Assembly: GCF_006345805.1 (NCBI RefSeq)
Contig: NC_042998.1
Coordinates: forward strand, 56,110,001-56,174,000
From: Octopus sinensis
Lineage: Eukaryota
Reading direction: 5' to 3'
Length of the DNA stretch: 64,000 nt
Shown here: piece by piece, positions 42,440-54,310 of the stretch
Layout of the letters: each line of letters opens with the position of its first letter
Position numbering within the stretch: position 1 is the stretch's first letter
Translations under genes and position numbers: made by a program
Notes under the pieces: model-generated
What the model was told of the DNA's origin: nothing
Seen by the model: only the letters and a program-made list of their open reading frames with translations
Database searches by the model: none

Positions 42440-43145
42440 GTTGAAAAGAGTGTGACATACTGATATTCATATTTATATATTAGATATGTTTAATTTTGGG
42501 AAAACTTTATTTCAATTAAAGTACGTCTTTATATATATATGTGTGTGTGTGTGTGCATGTATATATGTGTATTAAAGAAAGCAAAAAATAAAACAAAAAT
42601 GACAGTGTCCACTATGTCGATGACAGGAATTTCTGTCAAAGAGACATTGGTTAAGCAAAGTTGTACATCGTTTCCCTCTTCCTCTCACATACCCACTCTT
42701 TCTCTCTCTTTTATTATTACTTCCACTGCCACCATCAACACTACTACTTTTAATAAAATATCATCAACTCTCCCTAAATTTCTTTGTCTCTCTTTGTCTC
42801 TCTCTCTCTCTTTGCCACCACCCTCACCATCTCTATGCCTACTATTACTTTCACCCCATCATGAGGAATAGTAGGAGTGTCATTGAATAGTGGGAGGCAC
42901 ACAGAAATTAGTTTTCACATTTATAATATCAGATGTTTAATTTTGGGGAAACTGTATTTCAATTAAAGTGTATTTTATATATGTGTGTGCACGCATATAT
43001 GTAAATGTATATATGTACACACACACACACACACATATGTGTATTAAAGAAAGCAAAAAATAAAACAAAAATGATAGGTTCAGTATGCTGGCCACAGGAA
43101 TTTCTGACCAGGAAACATCATCTCCCTCTTTCTCTCACATACCCA

Positions 43146-43216
<71 letters not shown>

Positions 43217-43340
43217 CTTGCCGTCTCTATGCCTACTATTATTCTCACCCCAGCACCAGGAAGTGTCATTGAATGGAGAGAGAGTGGGGGGTCAAAGTGT
43301 GACACACTGACACAAAAATTAATTTTCACATTCATTATAT
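42440..43340. repeat. tandem duplication, unit ~0.45 kb
   Basis: gtattaaagaaagcaaaaaataaaacaaaaatga, ctcacatacccactct and ctatgcctactatta each occur twice in order. Confidence 0.85.
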
Positions 43341-43344
43341 ATAT

Positions 43345-43640
43345 ACGAGGTGGTATCAAAAGGTTTCTGGTTTAGTTATGTTTAATAAAAAATAACTTAT
43401 TTACCTAAGTCTTAACATCATCTCCTTAACATAGTCACCTTGCACTGGAATCCAACATGGAAGTCATTTTGGTAAGCAAGTTGAGGACTTCCTACATTTT
43501 GCTCTGAATCTCAACAACTGAGTTAAAAAAGCGACCTGTGAGCTGTATTTCCATCTTGGGACAGAAATGGTAGTCCACAGGTGCTAAATCTGGTGAATAG
43601 AGTGGGTGCAGAAATGATACCATTTTGTTTCTCAAAAGTA
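43345..43640 (-). mobile_element. mariner (DD34D-type) 3' fragment with terminal repeat
   Basis: HPLYSPDLAPVDYHFCPKMEIQLTGRFFNSVVEIQ; terminus ta-cgaggtggtatcaaaagg. Confidence 0.8.
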
Positions 43641-44070
43641 TTTACAATGCTTCACCTTCAAAGCTCTAAGGAAGCTATAAGATAATGTGCAAACACACAA
43701 CTCTGAGTGCACTGCATCTTATAACAGAAACAGTTGTAAACTAATGAAGTTGACCATCTAAATCCTGTTCCCTTATCATATATTCAATATATTGTATAAA
43801 TATATATTGCTTAAGCATTGTGATACTAATAACCTGGTGTAGAACTCGTATACATATGCTTCTGAATGAAGCTTTACTTGAGTATAGAGTTGTAATAAGA
43901 GAAAAGATGACAAAGGATTAAATGCACTTCATATTTGAGGCTTTGATGAAACTGTAAGGTGTTACTCAGGCACGCAACTATGAGTTCACTGCATCTTGTA
44001 CTGGAAACAGCTGTAAGCTAATGAAGTTCATAAGATAATTGTTTATTCTTTTGTCATCTCTTTTCTTATA

Positions 44071-44935
44071 CAGGGTGGGAGCATAAAGATCTCCTACACT
44101 GTGAATAAATATAAAAAGAGAACACAACCATCCAGGAAAAAATGTATGTTTCTGAAAAGTACATAAAAAAAATACATTATTTCACTGGGTTTTAAAAACT
44201 ATATTAAGCAAATGGTAACCATTGTCGGCAATACATTGATGCAGTCATTCCCAGAAGTTCTCCATGACTCTCCATGTCATCTCGGGTGGTATTGCATTGA
44301 TTTCCTCACAAAACCTTTCTTTCAAATCCCCAAGAGTTCAAGGACAATGTCAGAAAACTTTTCATTTAGGTATCTCCAAAAGAAAAAGTCACAAGGGCTT
44401 AAATCTAGTGGCCTTGCCAGCCACCCTACATCTCTCCTCAAAGAAATTAAATGCCCAGGAAATATTTCCCTCACTACTCCAAGCAAACGTCATGCTATGT
44501 GAGCTGTAGCCCCGTCCTGTTTAAAACATAGATGGTCAGAATCCAACACATCCATTTTAGGGTGCAAAAAGTTCCCCAACATTTTGATGTACTGACCAGA
44601 GGTAACTGTTACTGTTTCATCACCTCCTTCAACTGCACACCACACAGTTACACAAGGAGAATGAAGTGGTCTTTTGTAGAGTTAATAAGGATTATGTTTA
44701 GCCCAGTAGCAAAAATTCTGCTTGTTTACATTTCCATTGATAGGGAAGTGAGCCTCATTGGTACTCAGAAGAACGGCTGCAACAGGAACTTGTGCAAAAA
44801 TATTTATACATAGGGCTTTACAATTGTTATGATCTGTCTCGGTTAATTCTTGAACTAACATCATTTTGTGAGGATGCAGTTTCAAATCAGCATGCAGCAT
44901 CCTCCTCAAACTTTGGCTAGATTTTCCTAATGCTA
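44071..44935 (-). mobile_element. Tc1/mariner DD41D (rosa-type) transposon remnant
   Basis: TA|CAGGGTG terminus at 44069-44077; STNEAHFPINGNVNKQNFCYW; QD...41 aa...DLSPCD counted from the translation; internal stop. Confidence 0.88.
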
Positions 44936-45649
44936 TAATTCTAAAAATGAAATCAAAATTTTAAAATTTCACTTGACTAAGGTAATGTTAATTGCCTTGC
45001 CATGTGTTGTTGCTGGCTGATCTGAGGTGATGACTGGTTGAATTGCTGAATGAAAATGTATTTCTTGAGCTGCATGAGGAAATAACTAACTACACCCAAA
45101 AAACAATTAAGATTTTATTATTGCACATGGAGTTTTAACTGTGTCGGTCTTTTACAAATACTACCAGTAATAATTACATACTGGGAGAGACATACTACTT
45201 GGGGTTTAGGACAAGCTTATTGGCCTTAATAATCAGTTAGTAAACCCGAACCCTAACTCTTACAATTGGAAAATAAATGTAGTATGGTGACAAAAATTCC
45301 TGTCCACCATTGTCCATTTGTCCTAATGAGCTGGATGTGACAAAGATGGAGGTACAATGTGCGGCTGCCTCAACATTCTGCAATTGCCACCAAAAGCCAC
45401 CTTTTTATAGGGCACAAGAAGATTCTAGATGATTTGGTAAACCAATTGCATGAAACTACTGTGGTTTGAGCATTATGTCTGACCAGCTACTTGGTGGTTC
45501 AGTTTTGAATCCCCACTACAAGTAGCCCCCACTCTGTTCTTTCCATGAAATGTAAGAGCAAAAACAGTAAAGAGAATTTACATAAAAAGAGAAAGATCAA
45601 CACAAGTACAAAAAGAAAAAGAAAAGAATAAGCACTGAATACTGAAATT

Positions 45650-48520
45650 GTTGAAAAAATATCCTTGCAACAGGAGTGTTGTGATAGGGAAGTCAACTCA
45701 ATGAAAGCCTGCATAAGTTGATCAATATTGACATGTCTCTTGTCTTCCCTGAATGTCCAATACCATATACTTTCATTTAGCTTTTAACACATGTTAAGGG
45801 CTGGAATAAACTGTCTGCAAGGGATGTTTAAATGTATTATTGCATACAAATACACGAACCCAAGTCTTGATACCAAGTGGAGCAAAAGCTTTAATTGACT
45901 TGCAGTCTCAGACGTAATTCTGCCGTGTATTTTTACAGCTGATGAATATAAATGATAGGATTGTGTTGTTGAGTAACTGTAGCCAATATTATTTGGCAAG
46001 TCAGTGTAAGTGCCAAACCATACAGTACTTCTGCCAGAGAGTAACCTAAGTCTTCCTTAACAGTGATATGTAAAACTACTAACACAATCAACAGGGCTTC
46101 TAACCACCTATCTGAATCAGAATGTGCTCATAAAGCTGCTTTAAGCTATTGATGAAAATGTTTTATCATTCTGTTAGACAAGAGGTAGTAAGCTGTAGTA
46201 TGTGTAGTAAGTCAGGAAAGCTATGTTGTGTTGCCCTGGCATGGCATGCTTCAGCCAATCACAGCTGGATGTATAGGAATACCAAAGGCAGATCTCTCCT
46301 TGGACAAGCAGAGAAGCATGGTTTTTAACCAGTTGGCAAAAAGACAGCACAGATGGAACAGTTCTTCTTTTAATATGAAACAGTTTCTAGTTTTTCACCA
46401 TCAGCTTCATGCAACTCATTTGGAGTTATATTAGCTCTTCACTCGTCACCTCCTGAACAGCCTGGTTCAATTATGCTAATTTCACTTCTCAAAAGTCTGG
46501 ATGACATCAGCCACAACTCTGCCTCATAATGAACTGTATATTTTCATTTAAGCCCGCTCCGTTCCTACTAGCTTCCAATGGCTTCCAACAGAATCCTTTT
46601 GCGCAAAAGAGTAAGTTATAATACTTTACCTGACTCACATACACATACAGGCTTATACACTTTTACTACTTGTCAGCACTCATTCCTATTTTAATAAAGT
46701 TACAATGCTTTTGTTTAAAAACTGCCTTCTGACATTCATAACACATGCTTCTCAAAAGTGCATTTAATGAACTTTGTCATGAACACTTTCATACTTTAAA
46801 ATTAGTGACCACTCTCACTAAACATGAATAATTCAACATGTACCTAGCAGAGTATATAGGTTGGCAAAAAGACCAGATTAAAACTGATGACCCTTTGTTG
46901 GTCATTATTGTCAAAGGTGTTCTAAAACATGAAATTTATTTGACCACTAGAGCTTTTGCATTTATAAGAGATATAATGTCCTTTATCAGTATGACTTCAT
47001 GCCATCTGGATAAACAATCTATACAAGTCAAAAGATAAGTCCAGAGAAGATGACTCTGATGTCCAGAACTGTAATAACACTTCATTGTTCTTTTGATCAA
47101 TAACAATCTTTTCCAAGCCAATAGAATCAGTGGAATGCAAAGTGTTGACATAGACACAGGATAAGGTGCCTGCTGCAGAATTATCAACACCCTTGATATA
47201 ATGAATATCCACTGTAAACTGCAAACTGTAATCAAGGTGTCTGATGTCTCTAGGAGAGCATTTATCAGCTTTTGATTGCAATGCATATGTCAACGGCTTG
47301 TGATTAGTATATAAGGTAAAATTTCATCCTTCTAAGAAATGGTGAATACGCTTCATAGATAAATAAGTAGCCAATACTTCTCTTCCAAAAGTGTTGTATA
47401 TCTTTTCTGCTTGTTTGAAATGCTTGGGAAAAAAGGAAATGGGTTGCCAAGAATCTTGGACAAGTTGTTGCTGTATCCCACAGATTCCAACATCAGATGC
47501 ATCTACTGTCAATGATAGAGGAGCATCTGGTACTGGATGGGCTAATAGTGTAACTTTAATTTTTCTTTGATATCATTATAAAACTGAAATTCTGCCACAT
47601 TTAGATAAATAGTTTTGGGTTTAAAAAATTTTTTTATAATTAATTAACAACTCTGATATTGGAAATATGGTACAGTACAGAATAAATCTCCTATAGAAGT
47701 TAATGAGACTGAGAAATTCTCACAACTTCCTTAGCGATACAGGAATAGGGATATTTGTAATGGCATCAACTTTTTCTTTTAACAGACAAATTCCATTTTT
47801 ATCAGTATGTTCTAAAAATATAATAGAAGAAACACCATAAAGACATTTACTGGGGTTAGTTACAACACTAAACTGTGACAATTTAGTAAAAAGTTGTTCT
47901 AAGTGCTGTTCATGCTGCTCTTCCATAGGACTAGCAATCATCAAGTCATTGATATAGGCCAAAATAAAGTCTAAACCATGAATGACTTCATCGATAAATC
48001 TCTGGAATGTATTAGCAGCATTCCAAAAAGCAAAAGGTATTTTAAGAAATTCAATAAGTCCAAGAGGAGTGGATGTGGCTGTTTTAGGAACATCAGTAGG
48101 TTCTATAGGAATCTAATTATAGGTGCACACCAAATCGATTTTTGAAAAAACACTACAACGATCTAAAGAAGCTGAGAAGTCATAATTACATGGAACTGGG
48201 TACCTATCTGGAGCAAATAAAGCATTGTAATCCCCAGAAGGATGCCAATCTCCCTCAGACTTTATAGGAGCCATGTGAAGTGGAAAAGACCAATTACTAC
48301 AGGAAGGTCAAATTATTCCAAGGTCCAATATGTGACTAATTGTGCCCTTAGCTATTTTTAGCTTGACAACCAGTTTTGATTTGTTTATGTCACCATAACT
48401 TAGTGGTTCAACAAAAGAGACTGAATGAATAAGTACCAAGAATAATTACTGGGATCAATTCATTTGGCTAAAATTCCTCAAAGCAATGCCCCAAGCATGG
48501 CCACAGTCTAATCACTGGAA
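45650..48520 (-). mobile_element. decayed Ty3/Gypsy LTR-retrotransposon pol (RT, RNase H, integrase)
   Basis: DRYPVP, FSKIDL, FQRFIDEVIHGLDFILAYINDLMIAS (RT); TVDASDVG...REVLA (RNase H); YLLTCIDCLSRW, HTTAY...HFHQ*LKAAL, KEDLGYSLAEVLYG, HPLQTVYSSP (integrase); many stops and frameshifts. Confidence 0.92.
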
Positions 48521-48916
48521 TAAGTAAGAGATGGTCTCTTACATTTTCTGGTGTTGTAGCTTCTATGATTTAGCAGGCATACTGCTCTTTGTACTTGCAG
48601 GAATTGCTGATTACTCAAGCTCAAGAGAAGATCCTTGGGAATATGCTTCAAGACATTTCATTATGTTAATGTTGCAATTCAAGTCGAAGAACGATCTTCA
48701 CAAATCAAGAAATTTGTTTTCTTTTTTCCACCCAGTGTTTAATGTATGCACACACTTAAATAAACTATTACTTTACTCCAGAATACACATGCCTTTCTAA
48801 GCATCTATATGCAAGATAATATTCTATTTGCATTGAACAAGTCTATTTATCTTGGAACCAGTGTCACCTTAAGGCCTCGTAGGTCTACAGACCCAATTAT
48901 CATATGTGTGCGTGTG

Positions 48917-48948
<32 letters not shown>

Positions 48949-49103
48949 ATGTTTAAGTAGTTGAATGAATTATCCTAGTATGGATAATTCGGTTAACCGA
49001 TACCTGTGTAGCAAATTCACGTCAGAAAACACGGTTGAAGCTACATGCCAAGGGCAGAAATCATGTGCTTTCGTGTGGAAATTTGTGTGTCTTTTTACTA
49101 TAA

Positions 49104-49435
49104 ATAAATGAAAGAATGGAGTCGAACGACGATTTAACAAAATTCCTTTATTCTCGACATATGTTTCAAAGACTGCATATTCTCAATTCCGAAGGAATAA
49201 AGGGTGCATTATGCCACCTTCTCATCAGCAAAGACAATGAACTTATGTCAGCATCATGACGAACAAAAACTTTTGTTTGTCATGATGCTGACATAAGTTC
49301 ATTGTCTTTCCTGATGAGAAGGTGGCATAATGCACCCTTTATTCCTTCGGAATTGAGAATATGCAGTCTTTGAAACATATGTCGAGAATAAAGGAATTTT
49401 GTTAAATCGTCGTTCGACTCCATTCTTTCATTTAT
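49104..49435. repeat. near-perfect 332-bp palindrome (two ~165-bp arms, 2-nt centre)
   Basis: arms pair base by base around 49269/49270; I find only two mismatches (49229/49310 and 49261/49278). Confidence 0.97.
49300..49395 (+). ncRNA. type I hammerhead-ribozyme-like motif (mirror copy on minus strand at ~49144-49239)
   Basis: CTGATGA (49311-49317), imperfect stem II, GAAA (49372-49375), C-ATAT-G stem III, GTC (49381-49383); short stem I (tttc/gaga). Confidence 0.55.
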
Positions 49436-49489
49436 ATATATATATATATACATGTTTGTTTGTATGTATGTGTGTATGTATGTATGTGA

Positions 49490-49870
49490 CTGTGTGGTAA
49501 GTAGCTTGCTTACTGACCACATGGTTTTGGGTTCAGTCCCACTGCGTGGCACTTTGGCCAACTGTCTTCTACTATAGCCTTGGGACGACCAAAGCCTTGT
49601 GAGTGGATTTGGTAGACGGAAACTGAAAGAAGCCCGTCATATATATGTATATGTGTGTGTGTATGTATATGTGTGTGTGTGTGTGTGTGTGTGCGCTTGA
49701 CAACCGATGCTGGTGTGTTTACATTGCTGTAACTTAGCGGTTCAGCAAAAGACATCAATAGAATAAGTACTAGGCTTACGAAGAATAAGTCCTGGGGTCG
49801 ATTTACTCAACTAAAGGCAGTGCTCCAGCATGGCTGCAATCAAATGACTGAAACAAGTAAAAGAGTAAAG
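49490..49870 (+). mobile_element. tRNA-headed SINE (family C) with internal (TG)n
   Basis: tgtggtaagtagcttgct...ggttcagtcccactgcgtggcactttgg...gaaacaagtaaaagag; related pieces near 15220-15520 and 28410-28560. Confidence 0.75.
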
Positions 49871-50089
49871 AGTATATATAAAACTCTTTGACTTGTTTCA
49901 GCTTTAAAGCTGCAGTCATGCTGGGGAATCACTGTTGGCTGTGTCACACCTTCATTATTTGAAACCTCCTTTGATAGGTGACATTTGGTAAATGAGGGAG
50001 TTTGGCTCTGCTGCCCTCATCTGTGTTTCCTGCCATGAGGTAGACTCATAGTAGAAACAAAGGATACGGATGACAGAGTATACTGAAAA

Positions 50090-50430
50090 CTCTTTTTATC
50101 ACATGGCTTGCATTACGGATATGGATTTTTTGAATTTTATGTCAGTGTCATCCTGTTCGATGATCTCCTCAATTGATTCCCAATCTGCTTTGTGGAAATT
50201 CAGATTGGATAGATTCTGGCTGCTTCGAATAGTCTGTATGTTTGCGGGTTCTTTTGGTCCATACACGGTCAGCTCATTTATATTGTGATCCGAGACTAAC
50301 GTCGGTCTCACTTTCACATACGAATGAGATCCATATTGTTTGTGAAGCAGAGATCAAGAATATTGTTTGTCCTGGCTGGCTGGCTGGTTGGTTAATCGGT
50401 TGGTTGGAGTATTACTTGCTCCATATATAA
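50090..50430 (-). mobile_element. LINE AP-endonuclease C-terminal fragment (CR1/L2-like)
   Basis: RTNNILDLCFTNNMD...VKVRPTLVSDHNI...LNFHKADWESI. Confidence 0.75.
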
Positions 50431-51234
50431 CTTGTTGGTGAGGTTGAGCAACAGTTTCATCTGACTTTGTTCACATTGTGTCATTCCTGAGGAAAAAAAA
50501 AAAAAGACTTTCAGGCCACCCTACGTTGGGCAGATTGAAATCTCCCATTAGAAGTACACTGATGTGTTGTTCTAGTTTGGTTAAGACTCCTATTCATACA
50601 AGACAGTCTTCGAATAAGCCCATATGATTTCGAGCATCTGGTGGGCGACAAATAGTACATATAACTATATCAAATTGTCTTATATATACATTTAGTGTGT
50701 GAAACACCGAGTTTGTAAATAACAAAAGGATCTGGAATATGAAATCTTAGATCTACATTGCCACTCCACCCTGACTCCTGTTTTTTAATTTCGCTTCGTA
50801 TTACAACATACTTTGGTACGTGTATGTATGTATGTATGTATGTATGTATGTATGTATGTATGTATGTATGTATGTATGTATTTATGTATGTATGTATGTA
50901 TTTATGTATGTATGTATGTATGTATGTATGTGTGCATGCGTGCGGGGGGGGGTGTATTTACAAATGCTAGTAGAGCAGTATTTTAAAAACAAAAGACTGT
51001 AATATATGTTTAACTATATGTGTGTATGTGAGTGTAATTGTTGAAGTAAACATGATTTACGATAAAAATTTGCACAACGATTTCTAAGCAAAACCCGTCA
51101 CTAATATTCGCCTGCATTTAGTGTCTCTGACAGTCACACACACCCACTCTGTTTATTGTTTTAACTTTCTTTCACCACTGACAGAACACTGCGTTTTATA
51201 CATATGCAAAGCTTGCCCTTGTGAATTACAGGTG

Positions 51235-51425
51235 GTGGTGTATATTTCGTTTGTCACTGTTATTTATGATAACCCTAACCCTAAAACCTTAACCCTAACC
51301 CTAACCCTAAAGCCCTAACCCTAATCCTAAAACCCTAACCGAAACCCTAAAACCTTAGAGCTAAAACCAGTACAAACGCACGAACGATGTCATAAATAAC
51401 ACTGACAAACGAAAAATACACCGCC
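51235..51425. mobile_element. MITE-like element with ~35-bp inverted termini enclosing degenerate (CCCTAA)n
   Basis: ggtggtgtatatttcgtttgtcactgttatttatgat ... gtcataaataacactgacaaacgaaaatacaccgcc; hexamer tract at 51271-51368. Confidence 0.7.
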
Positions 51426-52271
51426 GATAGTTGTTGTTGACAAACAACAAGCAGTAATTTTATTCAGCTGAATACACGTCATTGATTGGTTGAAATTACT
51501 GAAATACTTTGACGTGAAATTACTTCGTAAGTATAAATTTTTCTCAAAAATGCTAAGAGTAAAACATGTTTTATATGACACATTCTACCAGTGTCCGAAG
51601 TTTGAAAGTGTTTAGTTACAAAAAATTATTTTTTAAATCTGTCAGTCAAAAGATTGTATTAACAAGTTCAATGAAGTCACTCGGAGGTGGGGCCGAACGG
51701 CTTCATTTCATTTATCATTTTATCAAATTCATCCCTTCCATCCGTCTTTTTTCTGTCTCCACCATGAACTGTCCCCTCTGTGTTAGGCCTTGTATAACTA
51801 ATAAAATAATTAATATTTCCCTCATACTAACACTCTTTGCACCCTTCTCATTTCATCAAGTAAAATCTTTGTAGAGCTAGTTGAGGGAGGAGGTGGGTGT
51901 AGTAGCTATAGCAGACAGACATGTACTGATAGACTAAAACGTCAGTCTTACCATTCAATTTTATTAATGTGTGTGTGTGTTTGTGAGTGTGTGTGTGTAT
52001 GTATGCATGTGTTTATCTGTGTGTGTATGTGTGTATATGTACGTGCATCTATGCATGTGTGAATGTGTGTGAATATGTGTATGTGTGGGTGTGCATGTGT
52101 GTGCGTGTACATATGCACGTATGTAGGTACATGAGTATGTTTGTGTGTATGTATATAAGTGTGTGTATGCATGTGTGGATGTGTGTGTGTATATATGGGT
52201 GCATGTGTGTTTGTGTGTGTGTGTGTGTATGTGCGCGCGTGTTTGTGTGCATGCGTATGTGTGTTTGTATG

Positions 52272-52304
<33 letters not shown>

Positions 52305-52379
52305 ATGTGTGTACACTTATATATACATTTATCTGTCTGTCTAGCTATCTATACATACACACACACAGATGTATGCGTA

Positions 52380-53620
52380 TGTCTATATGTCGTATGAGGA
52401 GCCCGGGAGGTCGGATTGCTTGACCCATGCCGAACTTTTGTTGAACAGCACTGTCTTTCTGGCATGCATAATGACTTCTATATCTCTGTCGCTAATGTTA
52501 GTGAAGCTCCTAGTGACAGAAAGTGCCTTGGCCAATAATCCTTTTGATATAGATGGGTAAAAGTCGACTATATCAAACTAGGTAAATCTTGCTTTGCTGC
52601 CTCTTCCCTTGTTGGTGTTAAACGATGCGGTCACTTTGTTGGTGTTGCACCACAGGGAAAAGATGGTGGCCCTCCTTATGTCGTTATTGATATCTGTAAC
52701 GATAAAAATTTGCTGTTATAATTGCAAACTGTAGGATGTGAAAGATGAACAATGCATGAAGTTTTAAGGAAATATTTATTTACCATTACGTTACAATACA
52801 TGCCTCGACGAGCAGGTTATGATACATCCAAAAGCATGCAAAGTAAATTTTGTGTTTGTGTCCTCTTCATTGTTTAGTAGTGATTACAGAGAGAGAGAGA
52901 GACAGACAGAATGATGTAAGAGAACAGAATTAGAGCTAGTGAGAGTTGTAGGGTGTGGGACATTGTCTCACAGTTGCTGACAGTAAACTTCATTTTTCCC
53001 TCTGACCAAGGTTCTAGCTGGTCAGCTAGACTTCGTTGTCACCGAAGTGACTACCTGGTTGAGTCGTCACCGACTGATTTTTGCTTGGGGTGTTTTTGCT
53101 TTTATAACTATTCAGAAGGATAGACATATCATTGAGAACAATAAATTAGTTGGTGATCTTGTTATCTCTATTCTGGTTTTTGGTGAAGTAGAAGAGGTTA
53201 GAAAGGATCAAGTAGTAAAGACATTATTTTGGCTTAGCTAAAGGCATCTGGAAAATGTAAAACTGCTGTCACAGAAAAAATCATTGTTCCACCGTGGGAA
53301 AAGTTCTGTTGAAGTATTTAAATTTGGCTATGGATTAAATCCACTTTATGCTTGCAAGATCCACTACATATCTCTCAAAATGTGCTTGCTTGCCAGACCG
53401 TTCTCCAATTTGGCTGGATCGATCAGGTGGCATTTAGGGTTTGAGGCAAAGTTCGGTTCATGATATTTTATGGTAATGAAGGTGTTTCTTTTAGTGAGAA
53501 TCTATACCTTGTCCGCTATCTCTAATTCGTTAGCTAATTTTTTGGCTTCACTGTTGATGTTGTTATATGAGTGTGGGGAAGCTCGCCTATAATTTTGGTG
53601 TATATATTTGCATTTTCCTT
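52380..53620 (-). mobile_element. Penelope-like element RT fragment split by a ~0.7-kb insertion (~52690-53370)
   Basis: YNNINSEAKKLANELEIADKV...PNFASNPKCHLIDPAK, then DIRRATIFSLWCNT...FDIVDFYPSISKGLLAKALS...HARKTVLFNKSSAWVK, in the collinear PLE RT order. Confidence 0.85.
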
Positions 53621-53802
53621 TTTCAGCTTCTGTATTCTTGAAAATTTTGCTGATACATCCAGGCATCCCTGATTCCATTGATTTGTACCTTGGGTCGTCA
53701 GTTTCAACCTTGTCACTCGGAGGCCATTCTCTCCGAGCAGCAAGCTGGAATAGGTATTTTTCTTTCCAATCTTGACAGCAACTAAACATATATAACATCG
53801 CT

Positions 53803-53864
53803 TAGCAGAGCGTAGCTCCGATCTACGGACCTCTGGGTTATGGGCCCAGCACGCTTCCACTGCG
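53803..53864 (-). pseudogene. 5'-truncated initiator tRNA-Met(CAT) copy
   Basis: minus strand CGCAGTGGAAGCGTGCTGGGCCCATAACCCAGAGGTCCGTAGATCGGAGCTACGCTCTGCTA matches eukaryotic tRNAi-Met from about nt 11; anticodon CAT at 53840-53842; first ~10 nt (AGCAGAGTGG) absent; T-loop GATCGGAG instead of GATCGAAA. Confidence 0.85.
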
Positions 53865-54109
53865 AACATTTTTATAACAAATCGTACCATGCCTATTGAG
53901 GAGGCCAAACGTCAACAACGTGTTGAAATATTGAATCAAAAGGATCTAACTCTTTTAATCCAATCCCTTGTCGCCACATAAACTCAATTTTTTAGTGGCA
54001 ATTTTTTAATGTGAGTGAGATAACCAAAAAGTACGAACTATTAAACTTGCAAGTTGCAGCTATGCTTTTATTTTGTACTATATGTACTGCCAATATTAAT
54101 ACGGACTTG

Positions 54110-54310
54110 GGCGGCAAGCTGGCAGAATCGTTATCACGTCGGATAAAATGCTTAGCGTCCTTTAGTCCGTCTTTACGTTCTGAATTCAAATTTCGCCGAG
54201 GCCAACTTTCCCATTTATCCTTTCGGGGTCGATAAAATAAGTACAAGTTGTGTACTGAGATCGATGTAATCGACTTACTCCGAACTTGCAGGCCTTGTGC
54301 AAAAGTTTGA
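54110..54310 (+). mobile_element. SINE family A copy
   Basis: same head and body as 56558-56795; further copies near 19000-19150, 25790-25960, 26330-26460, 42225-42435, 56870-57185, 60672-60848, 61141-61342. Confidence 0.8.

Noticed and set aside
51271-51368. True telomere or chromosome-fusion site
   Set aside because: Short, degenerate, single orientation and enclosed by inverted termini
52900-53370. Possible L1/Tx1-like C-terminal fragment forming the insertion in the PLE
   Set aside because: Resemblance too weak to assign a family
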